Below, piece after piece: positions 11,756-21,463 of a DNA stretch of 64,000 nucleotides. The notes under the pieces were generated by a model. That model saw nothing but the letters and a program-made list of their open reading frames with translations, was not told the origin of the DNA and searched no databases. Source of the DNA: Candidatus Hydrogenedentota bacterium (GTDB lineage Bacteria > Hydrogenedentota > Hydrogenedentia > Hydrogenedentales > SLHB01); assembly GCA_045863335.1 (NCBI GenBank), contig BTVY01000037.1, positions 10,653 through 74,652 of the forward strand. Direction: 5' to 3'. Made by a program: the position numbers and the translations under genes. How positions within the stretch are numbered: the first letter of the stretch is position 1; each line of letters starts with the position of its first letter.

Positions 11756-11947
11756 TTACCCTTGTTTGTTTTCCTGAATGGCTTCCCAGGTGTTCAGGAT
11801 GATGTTGTTGAACGTATTGAATGCCGTGCCGAAAGCGCCAAGTGCTGATCCAAAAGCGCCGAGGATCACTCCCAATTGCTGTAGCTCGAGCAGTGAGACA
11901 GCAAACGCGGGACGGGTGGTCTTTGTGATCGGATTGATGTGCGACAT
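11756..11947 (-). CDS. 63-aa small hydrophobic/amphipathic protein of unknown function
   Basis: ATG preceded by GAAAGGAAG RBS; fills the gap between the porin and sbp in the same orientation. Confidence 0.65.
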   Translation of the reverse strand: MSHINPITKTTRPAFAVSLLELQQLGVILGAFGSALGAFGTAFNTFNNIILNTWEAIQENKQG

Positions 11948-11986
11948 GATTGATACTTCCTTTCATCCGTTGTGTTGATTGAGACG

Positions 11987-13432
11987 TCAGAATTCGAACT
12001 GAAACCGTGTTTGAAATAGATCGAAGTTGCCGTCGTACCGGACGTGGTCGACTTGGTTGTGGATGTAATTCCACGTGATGCGGACGTTGGGATTGAGGTA
12101 CCAGTTCAGGCCGAGCGTAATGGAGTCTTGTTCGCCACCCCAGATGGGACGATCCGACAGGTCCACGCTGGAATAGCGCGCCGTAACTTCCCACGCGCCC
12201 CAGCCGTCCCGCATCTTCCAGTTGAAATTACGCTCGGGAATCACGCGATCGAACGATCCCCGGTCGTTGCGGTACGGGCGGTTCTCCCCGGTGAGAAAGT
12301 AACTCGCTTGAACGTAATACCCGTCAAACGCGAGATCGCCGCCGAATGTGGTCTCAACATCGGAGCGAATGTATTCGCCTTGTAGCGAGAACGGTCCGAG
12401 TACCGTTGCTGCTTCCAGGCCCAGCAGGTCTACGTCATCCGCGCGGGCGTCCCGAAGCCGGAATGACTGAGGCAGGTTGTCGGGGTCGATGTAGCGAAAC
12501 TGGGCCAGCCGCGATTCGGGACGAACTCCGTAGTTCACGCGCGCGCCGTCCGGATTCCGGAGACTGTACGCCACGCCCAGGTGCAGCAACTTTCTGCCAT
12601 CATCCGAATACCATGGAAGCCCTGTGACTCGGCCGGTAATCTGATAGCCCTGGTCCTCGTCGGAGTCGTTTCCACTCGGCCAATCGTCTGTATCCTTGAA
12701 TGCGCCTACGGCCCATGTCAGCCGCTCTTTCTTCGGCTCCCCCAAAAGAGCGTCACTGAGTTGAAGGCCCGCATTTCGCGATGGCACGAAGACATTCGCC
12801 AGCGAACGCTCGACAAAGGTCCGGTAGGGAATGGGCGTCAACTCCTCCAGACTGAACGGCTCTCGGTAATGGCCAGCGCGGAAGCTCATCTCGCGGCCTC
12901 CTCCGTATGGGATCGCCGTGTATTCCAGGTAGACGTCGCGAAACTTCGGCGTGTCCTCGCCGCTTTCCCCGGCAAAGTCGTATTCAGTCAGAAAATTGAA
13001 ATCGTCGTACAGTTTTCCCTGCAGCCGAATCCGGGCAAATCGGAAGCCGGTGCCGTCTTGCTCATCACCGACAGCACGTACAAGTTCATCATCCTGATCG
13101 AACCACGCGATGTCGTAGCCCGCGCGGGCGCGGACCCGGAGTTGGAACGCGCCGTCAGCCGAACCGATGGCAAGACCATCGGAATCGACCTTGATCTTGG
13201 GAAGCTGCTTCGCCTTTTCTGCCTCCGTCTTCTTATCCTCCTCCAATTGGACTTCAAGCTGCCTCAACTGTTTGTTCAATTCGTAAACCTGCTGTCGCAG
13301 CGACTCGACCTGCGCCGCCGAAGCGGGCACGTCTAGCGCCCCGGTATCGTTCTGAGTCTCTTGGCCCCGGACCGGGCCAGTTGCAAGCACTCCTATAGCC
13401 CCTGCGATCCAGATATGCTTCCAGGTCTCCAT
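11987..13432 (-). CDS. OprO/OprP-family anion-selective porin
   Basis: Signal peptide, N-terminal coiled coil, RFARIRLQG, EPFSLEE, GAWEVTARYS, LGLNWYLN; terminal aromatic FQFEF. Confidence 0.9.
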   Translation of the reverse strand: METWKHIWIAGAIGVLATGPVRGQETQNDTGALDVPASAAQVESLRQQVYELNKQLRQLEVQLEEDKKTEAEKAKQLPKIKVDSDGLAIGSADGAFQLRVRARAGYDIAWFDQDDELVRAVGDEQDGTGFRFARIRLQGKLYDDFNFLTEYDFAGESGEDTPKFRDVYLEYTAIPYGGGREMSFRAGHYREPFSLEELTPIPYRTFVERSLANVFVPSRNAGLQLSDALLGEPKKERLTWAVGAFKDTDDWPSGNDSDEDQGYQITGRVTGLPWYSDDGRKLLHLGVAYSLRNPDGARVNYGVRPESRLAQFRYIDPDNLPQSFRLRDARADDVDLLGLEAATVLGPFSLQGEYIRSDVETTFGGDLAFDGYYVQASYFLTGENRPYRNDRGSFDRVIPERNFNWKMRDGWGAWEVTARYSSVDLSDRPIWGGEQDSITLGLNWYLNPNVRITWNYIHNQVDHVRYDGNFDLFQTRFQFEF

Positions 13433-13547
13433 CAGCTAAACTCCAAATTTGCGAGGGAGACCTCCGGAAGTCCGGTCGAGAATCCAACTCACGGTTCTAC
13501 TTTCATTGAAATGTCTCCGGGCCGTCCGGTAGACACGCCAGGCATTC

Positions 13548-13748
13548 TCATTTCCGCTGTGTGGCCTCTAGGCGAATCCGCTCCTTTCGATCGATTTGCA
13601 CTACACGCCCGTCGTGAATCGTCACTTCCACGCTTCCATATCTAAGCGAGGCAATGGCCTCCAGGATCCGTCGTCTAACCTCCGGCTCCGGGTACGGATT
13701 CGCGGGCGGTTCGTTCCCAATGGCATCGTGAGGGTGTGTATTATTCAT
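13548..13748 (-). CDS. YezD/DUF2292-family small protein
   Basis: ILEAIASLRYGSVEVTIHDGRVVQIDRKERIR; this family typically accompanies sulfate-uptake operons. Confidence 0.85.
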   Translation of the reverse strand: MNNTHPHDAIGNEPPANPYPEPEVRRRILEAIASLRYGSVEVTIHDGRVVQIDRKERIRLEATQRK

Positions 13749-13773
13749 AAATCCTATAGACTTAATAGGGTTT
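13749..13773. promoter_or_regulatory. Candidate Rrf2 operator (palindrome) abutting the yezD start codon
   Basis: AAATCCTAT-N7-ATAGGGTTT. Related sites at 14277-14301 and 14337-14357. Confidence 0.6.
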
Positions 13774-13800
13774 TGGCTCCAAAAAAAACGCCCCTAACTT

Positions 13801-14262
13801 CTAAATATTGTACATCGGGATATACTGAGACATCCCACGCCCCGGGGAACCAACAACAAGATCTTTCACGGTCCGCCTTTCCAACACCTCTGCCATCGCG
13901 TCGCGTACTTCCCGCATGATGGGGCGAATCATGCACAACTCCATATTGTCACAGCCCTCGCATCGGACCGGATTCCTGGTGCGCGAACACGTCGTCGGCG
14001 CAAAAGGACCATCCAGCGTTCGAATCACCTCAGCCAGACTGATTTCCTCTGGCGGTCTGGCCAGTACGAACCCGCCAGCGGGTCCCCGGCGGCTAATCAG
14101 CAGCCCTCGCTTTCGCAATTGCGTTAACGTCGCTTCGAGAAACTTTATGGGAATGTCTTCAGCCTCGGCGATTTCTTCGACCGAGATGAGAGTCCCCTCG
14201 GCAAATCGCCGGGCTAAAACAGACATTGCTTTTAGGCCATACCTGGCTTTCGAAGTTAGCAC
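13801..14262 (-). CDS. Rrf2-family transcriptional regulator (CymR/IscR-like, Cys-rich C-terminus)
   Basis: LTSKARYGL, EIAEAEDIPIKFLE, SRRGPAGGF, four Cys in CSRTRNPVRCEGCDNMELC. Confidence 0.92.
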   Translation of the reverse strand: MLTSKARYGLKAMSVLARRFAEGTLISVEEIAEAEDIPIKFLEATLTQLRKRGLLISRRGPAGGFVLARPPEEISLAEVIRTLDGPFAPTTCSRTRNPVRCEGCDNMELCMIRPIMREVRDAMAEVLERRTVKDLVVGSPGRGMSQYIPMYNI

Positions 14263-14356
14263 CGGCGCGTACCACCTATTCCTATTGGCTTAGTTGGCAT
14301 TATGATACCAGTGCGGAACTCGAATTAAAAAATTATATTTCCTATCGAATAAGTAG

Positions 14357-14385
14357 ATAATACCACGCGATTACCCGTTTGTCAA
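14357..14385 (-). promoter_or_regulatory. Sigma70-type promoter for rrf2 and the sulfate operon
   Basis: Minus strand TTGACA-17 bp-TATTAT with an extended TG element; AT-rich context. Confidence 0.75.
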
Positions 14386-14428
14386 CCTCAAAGAAATCCC
14401 TACCAACAACGCCGCAATATCCGACTGT

Positions 14429-14601
14429 GCGGACTAGTAGTCCTTCTTGTAGCGGATGCCGACGCCGCTGCCGCCTTCGGCGCCGGCGCGGCCTTCGACG
14501 GAGAGTTCGGGCGTGATCTGATATTCGACGCGGCCCTGACTGCTTTCGTCTTTGAGGCCGCGCTCGATCTCGACGTAGACATCGTCGCTGAGGTATTTGC
14601 C
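14429..14601 (-). repeat. tamB 3' end; direct repeat of 7433-7605
   Basis: See 7433-7605. Confidence 0.95.
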
Positions 14602-17600
14602 GATGGAGAGCGTACTCTCACCAAATCCTTCGCCGCGATGCACCTGGACGCGAAAGCCTGCGAGCGTCCGCGAAGATCTGGCGAGCGCGCTGAGCCCGTC
14701 GTTCCCGCGCATGGATTCGAGCATGGCCGTAAGTTGCACGGCCTGGAAAGCGGTGATGTCGCTGAGGTCCCGGTCGAAAAGCAGGCGCGCGAGGATCTCG
14801 TCTTCGGGTAGCGCGGGGTCCGATTGCAGTTCCAGTTTCACGTCGGGATACACGCCGTAGAGATGAAGCTGCGCGGTCAGATCCGCCGTTCGTGTCGATG
14901 CATTCAGATCGAGATACGGCGAAGGCGGTGAACTGCCGTCCAACGTGATCGTGCTTTCCTGCAGTTCGAAAGTCCGATCGAGGAAATATATCTGCCCGCG
15001 CACCGGGGACAACGTCCCCGTGATTTCGGGTGCATCCGCCGTTCCCGCAACTTGGAGATTCCCTTTCCATTCCGTATCGAGCGACTGATTGCGCACGTAG
15101 ACCTTTCCCGGAATCGCGCAATCCACATTCAACGCGATCTCGATGGGCGTCTTCTTCTCGTCCTCCGCATCCGGCGCAGCCGTGGCGACCTCGCCATCCG
15201 GATCGCCCACTTCGGTGACCTCCAGTTCGGGATATTCAACGCGGCCCTTGTTGGGAAGTACCACGGTCGCAGGGCCTATCGCCAGAGAGCCGTCGATTTC
15301 AGCCCGTTCCATGTCACCCGCGACGGACAACGTCCCATCCACTTGCCCAGTCAAGTCGTCGCGGCTCGCGACGCGGAGATTGCCCAAGCGCGCGTCTAAT
15401 GAGAATGGAAAACTCTCGCGCGGAAGAACGTCCACCTTTCCTTCCGCGTTCAGCGTGCCGCCCACGCCGTCGGTCGCCGCGAATTCCGTAACCGTGAGTT
15501 CCCGATTGCGCCCTTCGATCACAACCCGGAGGTCTTCCAGGATCGTCCCGGTCTTGAGATTCTCATAGCGGGCGTCCACGATGGTCGCCTCCCCGGTCAC
15601 CTCCGGTTCCGAGACGTTCCGGGCGATCGCAAGTTCCGCGTTCAACTGTCCGCGCACCACGTGATCTTGAAGATCGAATAACAGAGGAAACACGGACAGG
15701 TCCGCATTCGCCGTGCATTGGCCCCGGATGGGCCGTTGCCGGTTGACGGCCACCTCGACGGGTTGCAGCGAGAATTGCACGGGAATTCGCAGCGTCGCGT
15801 CCGCTTCGATTTGGTCGTTCATGGCAATCTGCACACGCGTCTCGGTGACTCCTTGGGAGAGTTCCGTATCCAGCCGGATTTCAACCGGCGGGTATGCCGC
15901 GCCCGGTTCCCGCACATTGCGAAACACGAGGTTGCCGTTGCCCACGGGTTGCGAGGAAGGTCCACGGAGTTGGACCGTTCCACCGACAGTACCTTCCAAG
16001 TCAGTGCCACCAAAGGCGGCGATCAGGGAGAGCGGGAGATCGTCGAGTTCCGCCGTTACGCGCACGTCGCCTTCAGCGCGGTTGCCCCGAAACGAAACTG
16101 TTCCGTCATCGACCGCGAGCCGGCTAATCGATGCGCTGAGCACTTCGCCTTCTTGATTGATACGGGCGTCGCTTTGCAATGCAATGGCATGTTCGCCGAC
16201 TGTGGCGTCCAGCGCGGCGACTTCGATCCATGCGTCGTTGATACTTCCTACGAGACGCGCATCCAGCGCGATCTTCGATTCCTGAATCGTGCCTTCGACC
16301 ACGGCGAGCGTGAGTGTTGCTTGCTCCTTGTCTCCATCCAGTTGCACGGAGAACGAAGCGAGGTTCGCCTCGCCCGTCCGCAAACCGGCCCCGTTTGCTT
16401 CGCCATCAATCCGCATTTCACCGAACGGGTCCGTGGCATCTGCGGTCAAGTGGAGCGTCTGAAGTTGTGTGTCCTGATATTGGAGGTTCGAACCGTTGAT
16501 ATCGGCGTGCATCCGCTGCGCATCGCCCGATCCGTCAAGCGACGCGCTCAATTGCATTTCGCCTGCGACATCGATCCCCAGCAACTCACCAACCGTGGAA
16601 AGATTGTCGAAGTTCCCCGTGATAGAACCGCTGCCCTGTTTTACACTCGTGTCGAATGTCCCGCTGCCTTGCAGACGATTCTCACCCGCGCGCATCTGAA
16701 TGTTCGAGACGTCGATGAGCGAATCGGTCATCGCGAAGGTTGCATCCGTGGTCAATTCCTCCGTGTCGCTCTCCAACGTCAACTGCGCGTTACCCGCTGG
16801 CGACTTCGGCAGCCCATCCAGTTCCGCCCGCAAAGTCGCCTCGCGCACGGTTGCGTCGCCTGCCGTCAGACGTTCCCCCTCGACGTCGACTTCGGCCTGG
16901 AATGCGTCAAAAGGTCCGTTAACCGAAAACTCACCGGCGATCTCTCCCGCGGTTGGACGATCGAGCACCGCGGACAGCACCTCCGCGTCCGGAATACGGA
17001 AGGACCCCCCCAAGTCGAGGTTCTTTGATTCCGTGTCCACCGTGCCGGACGCAGTTGCGCTCATCGCGGTACTCTTCAGATCCAAGGACTCGATGGACAG
17101 ACTTCCCTCGTCGAACGTGATTTCGGTCTCGCCGTTGACCCGTTCCGCAGCCAGCGCGAGCGCCGCCTCAGGAAGTCCCGCGAGGTCGGTTATGTGAAAC
17201 GTGGCGTTGGCCGCGAGGAGTGTCTCCGCGGAGGTTGTTATGTTTGCTGTCGCACCCGCGGTCCACTCGACCTCGCCTACCTCATCCGCTTGGCTGAGGA
17301 GGCTGGACTGCACCCGCGGGATTTCAACCACAAATTCGCCACCTTTTGACTCTATATTATAGTCGCCACGCGCACGAACCTGCGCCGATTCCGACTCCAG
17401 GTCGGCCCGCGTAATCCTTAGCGTCTCTGCGTCAGGGGTCTCGATTTCGAATTCGAAGCGTACCTGCTCCTGCGCGACCGTGCCAGCAGACAACGCGCTT
17501 GCGTCAGCGTGGCCGGTGACGCTCACGTTCTGCAGATTGGCGGGAGTCCATGTATCCCCCGAGCCGTCGAGGTTCAACGAAAGCGACGTGGACTCGAAGG

Positions 17601-19191
17601 TCGCGACATGGACATCTGACCCGGTACCGGACACGGTCGCGGACCAACCCGATTCCCCACCTTCGATCTGGCCGGAAAGCGATACGGTCCCGCGCGCATT
17701 CTCGGGCAGCAATCCGGCGAGATTCGCCAGGTCGAGTTCCGCAATGTTCACCTCGGCGTTCAGTTCCTCTGCTGCGCGGTCGTACTCACCGGAGACCCGA
17801 GCATCGGCGCCGACGGCCCGAAGGTGCGCCTGGTCGATTCGGAGTACTCCGTCCTGCGATCGAAATCCTTCGATCTGCGCCACGATCCCCTCGCGCACCG
17901 CATTCGCCGCCTGTTCCGCGAGGAGTGGTTCGCGAGGCCAAGCCGAGGCCTCCAGATCGAAGCCATACCCTTCCGACAAGTCGAGCGCTCCCGTCACGGC
18001 AAGCAACTTCTCGCCTTCGAGTTCGGCATCCAGATCGACGGACGGCGTTTCGAGTGGGCCATCAAGACTTAGGTGTCCTTTCAACGCACCCTGCAACCGC
18101 GGATTGTCCGGATCGCCGGCAAGCCGGGCCAGCGATGCCGTATCGAGATTGCTTTTGATCGTGATCTGATCGGAGTTCGGATCGTAGGTGAGCGAACCGG
18201 TCAGCGAGTTCCCGTCGCCGCTGACACTGAACGACGGCACTTCAATCGTGCGGTCGTCGTGACGCGCAAGGGCCGCTTTGATTTCAACCGTGTTTCCGAG
18301 TCGTTCCTCCAGCGCGCGCGTGGGCGGCAAGACGTTTGCGTACAACGTCCCGTCGATGCGGCACTCAACCGTGTCGTTCATGCTGACGTCGAGTCCGGCA
18401 TCCCAGAACGGCTCCTCGCCCAAGGTGCCGCGAATCGTTCCGTCCCACGACTCGGAAGCGCCGTCGCCTTCGAGTGTAAGCCGAAAGGTCTGATTCGAAT
18501 CGAGATCGAGGGCGGCCGGTATGAAGGCGGAGTCTTCAATGCGCGCGTCGAGACCCAACGTAGACGCACCGCCGCCCAAATCGAGTTGCAGTGTAGCCGA
18601 GGTTGTCGGTTCATCGATCCGCTTCAATTCGAGATCCGCAACAAGGGTCTCAATCGTGCGCCCCGTGAGTTGCCCGTGCAGTTCGAAAACGGCATCTCTT
18701 CCGACGATAGCCTCCGCCACTTCGATGCGGTCGATGGCCAGCCGGTCGATCCGCGCGCTACGCAGCGCGTTGGGAATGGCGCGGAGCACGTCCAGCGGAC
18801 GTGCGTCAGGATTGAGGGGAGGGCGTTTGAGGACTTCCACCCGTTCCACCAAGGCGTCATAGATGTGGTATGGCTTGCGCGCAATGGATCGCACGGACCA
18901 GCGCGCGGCAATATCATGCGCGATGAGCACCTCGCCGTCGTCATCGCTGATCGTGAAGGTCTCGATGTGAATCGAACCGGGCAGTGTGCCCGATACGCCA
19001 GACACGTCGAAATCCAGACGCGGGTGTTTGGATAGCGTATCGGAGAGGAATCGCGCGAGGCGCTGCTTTCCCGGACCGGAATTGACTGCGGCAAACACGA
19101 TGACGGCAAGGCACACGACGGCCAGTGCCGCCCAGAGCATCCACCGAACGACACGCGGAACGCGACGGGCTTTGTTAGAAGGCTTGTCCAA
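14434..19191 (-). CDS. tamB: Translocation/assembly module TamB (DUF490)
   Basis: N-terminal membrane anchor, long beta-rich body, C-terminal SDPALPEDEILARLLF...GKYLSDDVYV...YKKDY; directly downstream of tamA. Confidence 0.9.
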   Translation of the reverse strand: MDKPSNKARRVPRVVRWMLWAALAVVCLAVIVFAAVNSGPGKQRLARFLSDTLSKHPRLDFDVSGVSGTLPGSIHIETFTISDDDGEVLIAHDIAARWSVRSIARKPYHIYDALVERVEVLKRPPLNPDARPLDVLRAIPNALRSARIDRLAIDRIEVAEAIVGRDAVFELHGQLTGRTIETLVADLELKRIDEPTTSATLQLDLGGGASTLGLDARIEDSAFIPAALDLDSNQTFRLTLEGDGASESWDGTIRGTLGEEPFWDAGLDVSMNDTVECRIDGTLYANVLPPTRALEERLGNTVEIKAALARHDDRTIEVPSFSVSGDGNSLTGSLTYDPNSDQITIKSNLDTASLARLAGDPDNPRLQGALKGHLSLDGPLETPSVDLDAELEGEKLLAVTGALDLSEGYGFDLEASAWPREPLLAEQAANAVREGIVAQIEGFRSQDGVLRIDQAHLRAVGADARVSGEYDRAAEELNAEVNIAELDLANLAGLLPENARGTVSLSGQIEGGESGWSATVSGTGSDVHVATFESTSLSLNLDGSGDTWTPANLQNVSVTGHADASALSAGTVAQEQVRFEFEIETPDAETLRITRADLESESAQVRARGDYNIESKGGEFVVEIPRVQSSLLSQADEVGEVEWTAGATANITTSAETLLAANATFHITDLAGLPEAALALAAERVNGETEITFDEGSLSIESLDLKSTAMSATASGTVDTESKNLDLGGSFRIPDAEVLSAVLDRPTAGEIAGEFSVNGPFDAFQAEVDVEGERLTAGDATVREATLRAELDGLPKSPAGNAQLTLESDTEELTTDATFAMTDSLIDVSNIQMRAGENRLQGSGTFDTSVKQGSGSITGNFDNLSTVGELLGIDVAGEMQLSASLDGSGDAQRMHADINGSNLQYQDTQLQTLHLTADATDPFGEMRIDGEANGAGLRTGEANLASFSVQLDGDKEQATLTLAVVEGTIQESKIALDARLVGSINDAWIEVAALDATVGEHAIALQSDARINQEGEVLSASISRLAVDDGTVSFRGNRAEGDVRVTAELDDLPLSLIAAFGGTDLEGTVGGTVQLRGPSSQPVGNGNLVFRNVREPGAAYPPVEIRLDTELSQGVTETRVQIAMNDQIEADATLRIPVQFSLQPVEVAVNRQRPIRGQCTANADLSVFPLLFDLQDHVVRGQLNAELAIARNVSEPEVTGEATIVDARYENLKTGTILEDLRVVIEGRNRELTVTEFAATDGVGGTLNAEGKVDVLPRESFPFSLDARLGNLRVASRDDLTGQVDGTLSVAGDMERAEIDGSLAIGPATVVLPNKGRVEYPELEVTEVGDPDGEVATAAPDAEDEKKTPIEIALNVDCAIPGKVYVRNQSLDTEWKGNLQVAGTADAPEITGTLSPVRGQIYFLDRTFELQESTITLDGSSPPSPYLDLNASTRTADLTAQLHLYGVYPDVKLELQSDPALPEDEILARLLFDRDLSDITAFQAVQLTAMLESMRGNDGLSALARSSRTLAGFRVQVHRGEGFGESTLSIGKYLSDDVYVEIERGLKDESSQGRVEYQITPELSVEGRAGAEGGSGVGIRYKKDY

Positions 19192-21046
19192 AACTGACGT
19201 AGACTCCGAAGCTGTCGTCCAATTCCGATCGCGCGTTCACGGGGACCGCTACGTCGACCCTCAAGGGACCCAGGGGCGTGAAGTACCGTATGCCCGCGCC
19301 CACGCCCCACCGCAACTCTTCTGCAAAATCCGGAAATGCCGACGAATAGGCGTTGCCGCCATCGACAAACACCGCCACGCCGATCTGCTCGGTGATCCGC
19401 CGCCGCAGTTCGACACTCACTTCGACGAGAGAAGCGCCTCCGGTGGGATCGCCGCCTTTCAATGGGCTGACCGTCTTATACGCAAATCCGCGGATCGAGC
19501 CGCCGCCGCCGGCATAAAACCGCTCATCTGGAGGAATGTTATCGACATCCGTGCCGAGCATGGCGCCAAGCTTGACCCGTGCCGCGATAACCCAGTACCC
19601 CTCCTCGTCCAACGCATGATAGCCCCGCCATTCCACGGTCCCCCGCAAAAACGAGAGCGCTGGATCGGTGACTTCGATAAACGGTTCGGCCCTCAGGTCC
19701 AACCGCTTCCCTTCAGTGGGATTCATGGAATCGTCGCGGTCGTCCATGACGCCGTAGACGGGAAAGGAGAGAAGATGATAGGTCTCGTCGAGTCGCCGTT
19801 GCTCTTGCATACTGTACTTGAACGCAACGCCCGCCCCGGCCGTCCAGCGCGGTCCCAGCTTTCGTTCCACGGTGACACCGGTCTCGAAACGGGTGCTGTC
19901 ATAAGCCTCGACGGATTCCTGCCCCAGCTTCAGCTCCCAGCGCAAGTTCTGATCCTCCCGTTTCCATCCGGGTACCAGATAGCGTGCGCTGAACTCCTGC
20001 CGATCGCGTGAGAGATCCCCTTTCAAGGTCAATTGGTGCCCCAACTGCCGGATGTTGCGGTGCTCCCAACTCGCGCGCGCGTTCGGGCCTGCATCGGTGT
20101 CAAAGCCCGCACCCAGGGTGATGGTCCGGTGCTTGGACTCCGCCACCTTGATGTGCATGGGGATGAGGCCTTCGTCAGTGACACCGTCCGCCGTCGTGAT
20201 GCGGACAAGGGAGAAAAGGTTCTGATCGTAGAGCCGCTCCTGCGTTTCATTCACAACGCGGGCGTCGTAGGGTTGGCCTTCGCGCCATTCGATGGCGCGC
20301 CGCACCGTCTCTTCTTTTACGGCGTCCAATCCCTCGATTTGCGTCGTGCCAAATACGGCGGACGGGCCGGGCTCCACGATGTACGTCACGTCGAGCGTGC
20401 GATTGCCGTGGTCGACGATGATTTTCCGGTCTGCGATCCTGGGAAAGGGGTAACCGTTGTTACGCGCGCGCGCAAGGATGGGCCCCTCCGCATCGACGAT
20501 CGTACGGGAGACGGCCGGTTCGCCGCCGGTCACTTGAAGCGATTCCGGTTTCGGCCAGACGAAGACCACGTCTCGCGTGGATTCGATGGAAATCGACCCA
20601 AAGGTGTAGCGAGGACCGGGATCGATCGTAAACACGACAGCCGGCGGGGTCTCAGATTCCACGACGCCCAACTGGACCGTTGCCGCGTAGTATCCCTCCG
20701 CCTTCAAGATTTGCTGGAACCGTTCCAGGTCCCGGTTGGCGCGCCGTTCGAGATGACTGATGCTGGCGGGAGGACGATCCTGGTTTGATACCGTGTCCGA
20801 TTCCCGGCGAAGTACTTCCCGGAGGGACTCGTCAACGGCACCCTCGAACCGTACCGAGTACGCGCCAGTCCCAGTCGGGTTCTGAGCAAGGGCGGCCTCA
20901 GGCACGAAAAAAACCACGCCGGAGAGTGCCACGGCAAGCCATACCGCCACCAGCCGGTTGCGAGGATTATGTAAACCGGTGTAGCGCAAAACAACACCTG
21001 TGGAATTCGCTGAAACGCTCTTGTCGCCGGGTTCAGCGTAGCGCAA
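19175..21046 (-). CDS. tamA: Autotransporter assembly outer-membrane protein TamA (Omp85 family); start uncertain
   Basis: POTRA-like repeats, RFYAGGGGSIRGF, GAGIRYFTPLGPLRVD, terminal SFGQAF. Confidence 0.9.
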   Translation of the reverse strand: MRYAEPGDKSVSANSTGVVLRYTGLHNPRNRLVAVWLAVALSGVVFFVPEAALAQNPTGTGAYSVRFEGAVDESLREVLRRESDTVSNQDRPPASISHLERRANRDLERFQQILKAEGYYAATVQLGVVESETPPAVVFTIDPGPRYTFGSISIESTRDVVFVWPKPESLQVTGGEPAVSRTIVDAEGPILARARNNGYPFPRIADRKIIVDHGNRTLDVTYIVEPGPSAVFGTTQIEGLDAVKEETVRRAIEWREGQPYDARVVNETQERLYDQNLFSLVRITTADGVTDEGLIPMHIKVAESKHRTITLGAGFDTDAGPNARASWEHRNIRQLGHQLTLKGDLSRDRQEFSARYLVPGWKREDQNLRWELKLGQESVEAYDSTRFETGVTVERKLGPRWTAGAGVAFKYSMQEQRRLDETYHLLSFPVYGVMDDRDDSMNPTEGKRLDLRAEPFIEVTDPALSFLRGTVEWRGYHALDEEGYWVIAARVKLGAMLGTDVDNIPPDERFYAGGGGSIRGFAYKTVSPLKGGDPTGGASLVEVSVELRRRITEQIGVAVFVDGGNAYSSAFPDFAEELRWGVGAGIRYFTPLGPLRVDVAVPVNARSELDDSFGVYVSFGQAF

Positions 21047-21097
21047 CTGCGGTGAAAAAAGCCAACCGGGCGCGGTCTCGCTCGGGCGTCCTTCGCC

Positions 21098-21463
21098 TTA
21101 GGGTCCGAGCACGTCGCCCTGCGCAACCCCCAGCCGTTGCATGATCTCCACAACAGCAAGTTCGGGAACTTGCGCTTCTTCGAGCGCCTCGCGAAAATAG
21201 ACGGTGAACGACGCCAAATGGGCCTCGTTGAGCCCCTGCTCCACCGCTCGGGAATGGGCCGCGGTCAGTTCGATGCTCGTGCGCGACTGGGGACCGCCGG
21301 AAACGGTGTGTAGAAAGGCGCGGAACTTCCGCCGCTGCAGCTTCATGTCCACCCCTGAGAAGAATGCCGCCAAATCGGGGTCGTTGAGGATTCGAGCATA
21401 CAGGGACTCGACCAACGCCTCGATACCGTGGTCTCCACCCAGCAATACGTATAGGGATCCCAC
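21098..21463 (-). CDS. Group I truncated hemoglobin
   Basis: SLYVLLGG, LYARILNDPDLAAFF, SGGP, proximal His in AAH; GTG start with strong RBS. Confidence 0.85.
   Translation of the reverse strand: MGSLYVLLGGDHGIEALVESLYARILNDPDLAAFFSGVDMKLQRRKFRAFLHTVSGGPQSRTSIELTAAHSRAVEQGLNEAHLASFTVYFREALEEAQVPELAVVEIMQRLGVAQGDVLGP

Noticed and set aside
5379-14601. Diversity-generating retroelement (FGE/CLec target gene plus a nearby long repeat)
   Set aside because: No reverse transcriptase in the window and no second copy of the FGE C-terminus seen. The 173-bp repeat matches tamB and has one C/T change on the coding strand, not adenine-specific variation.
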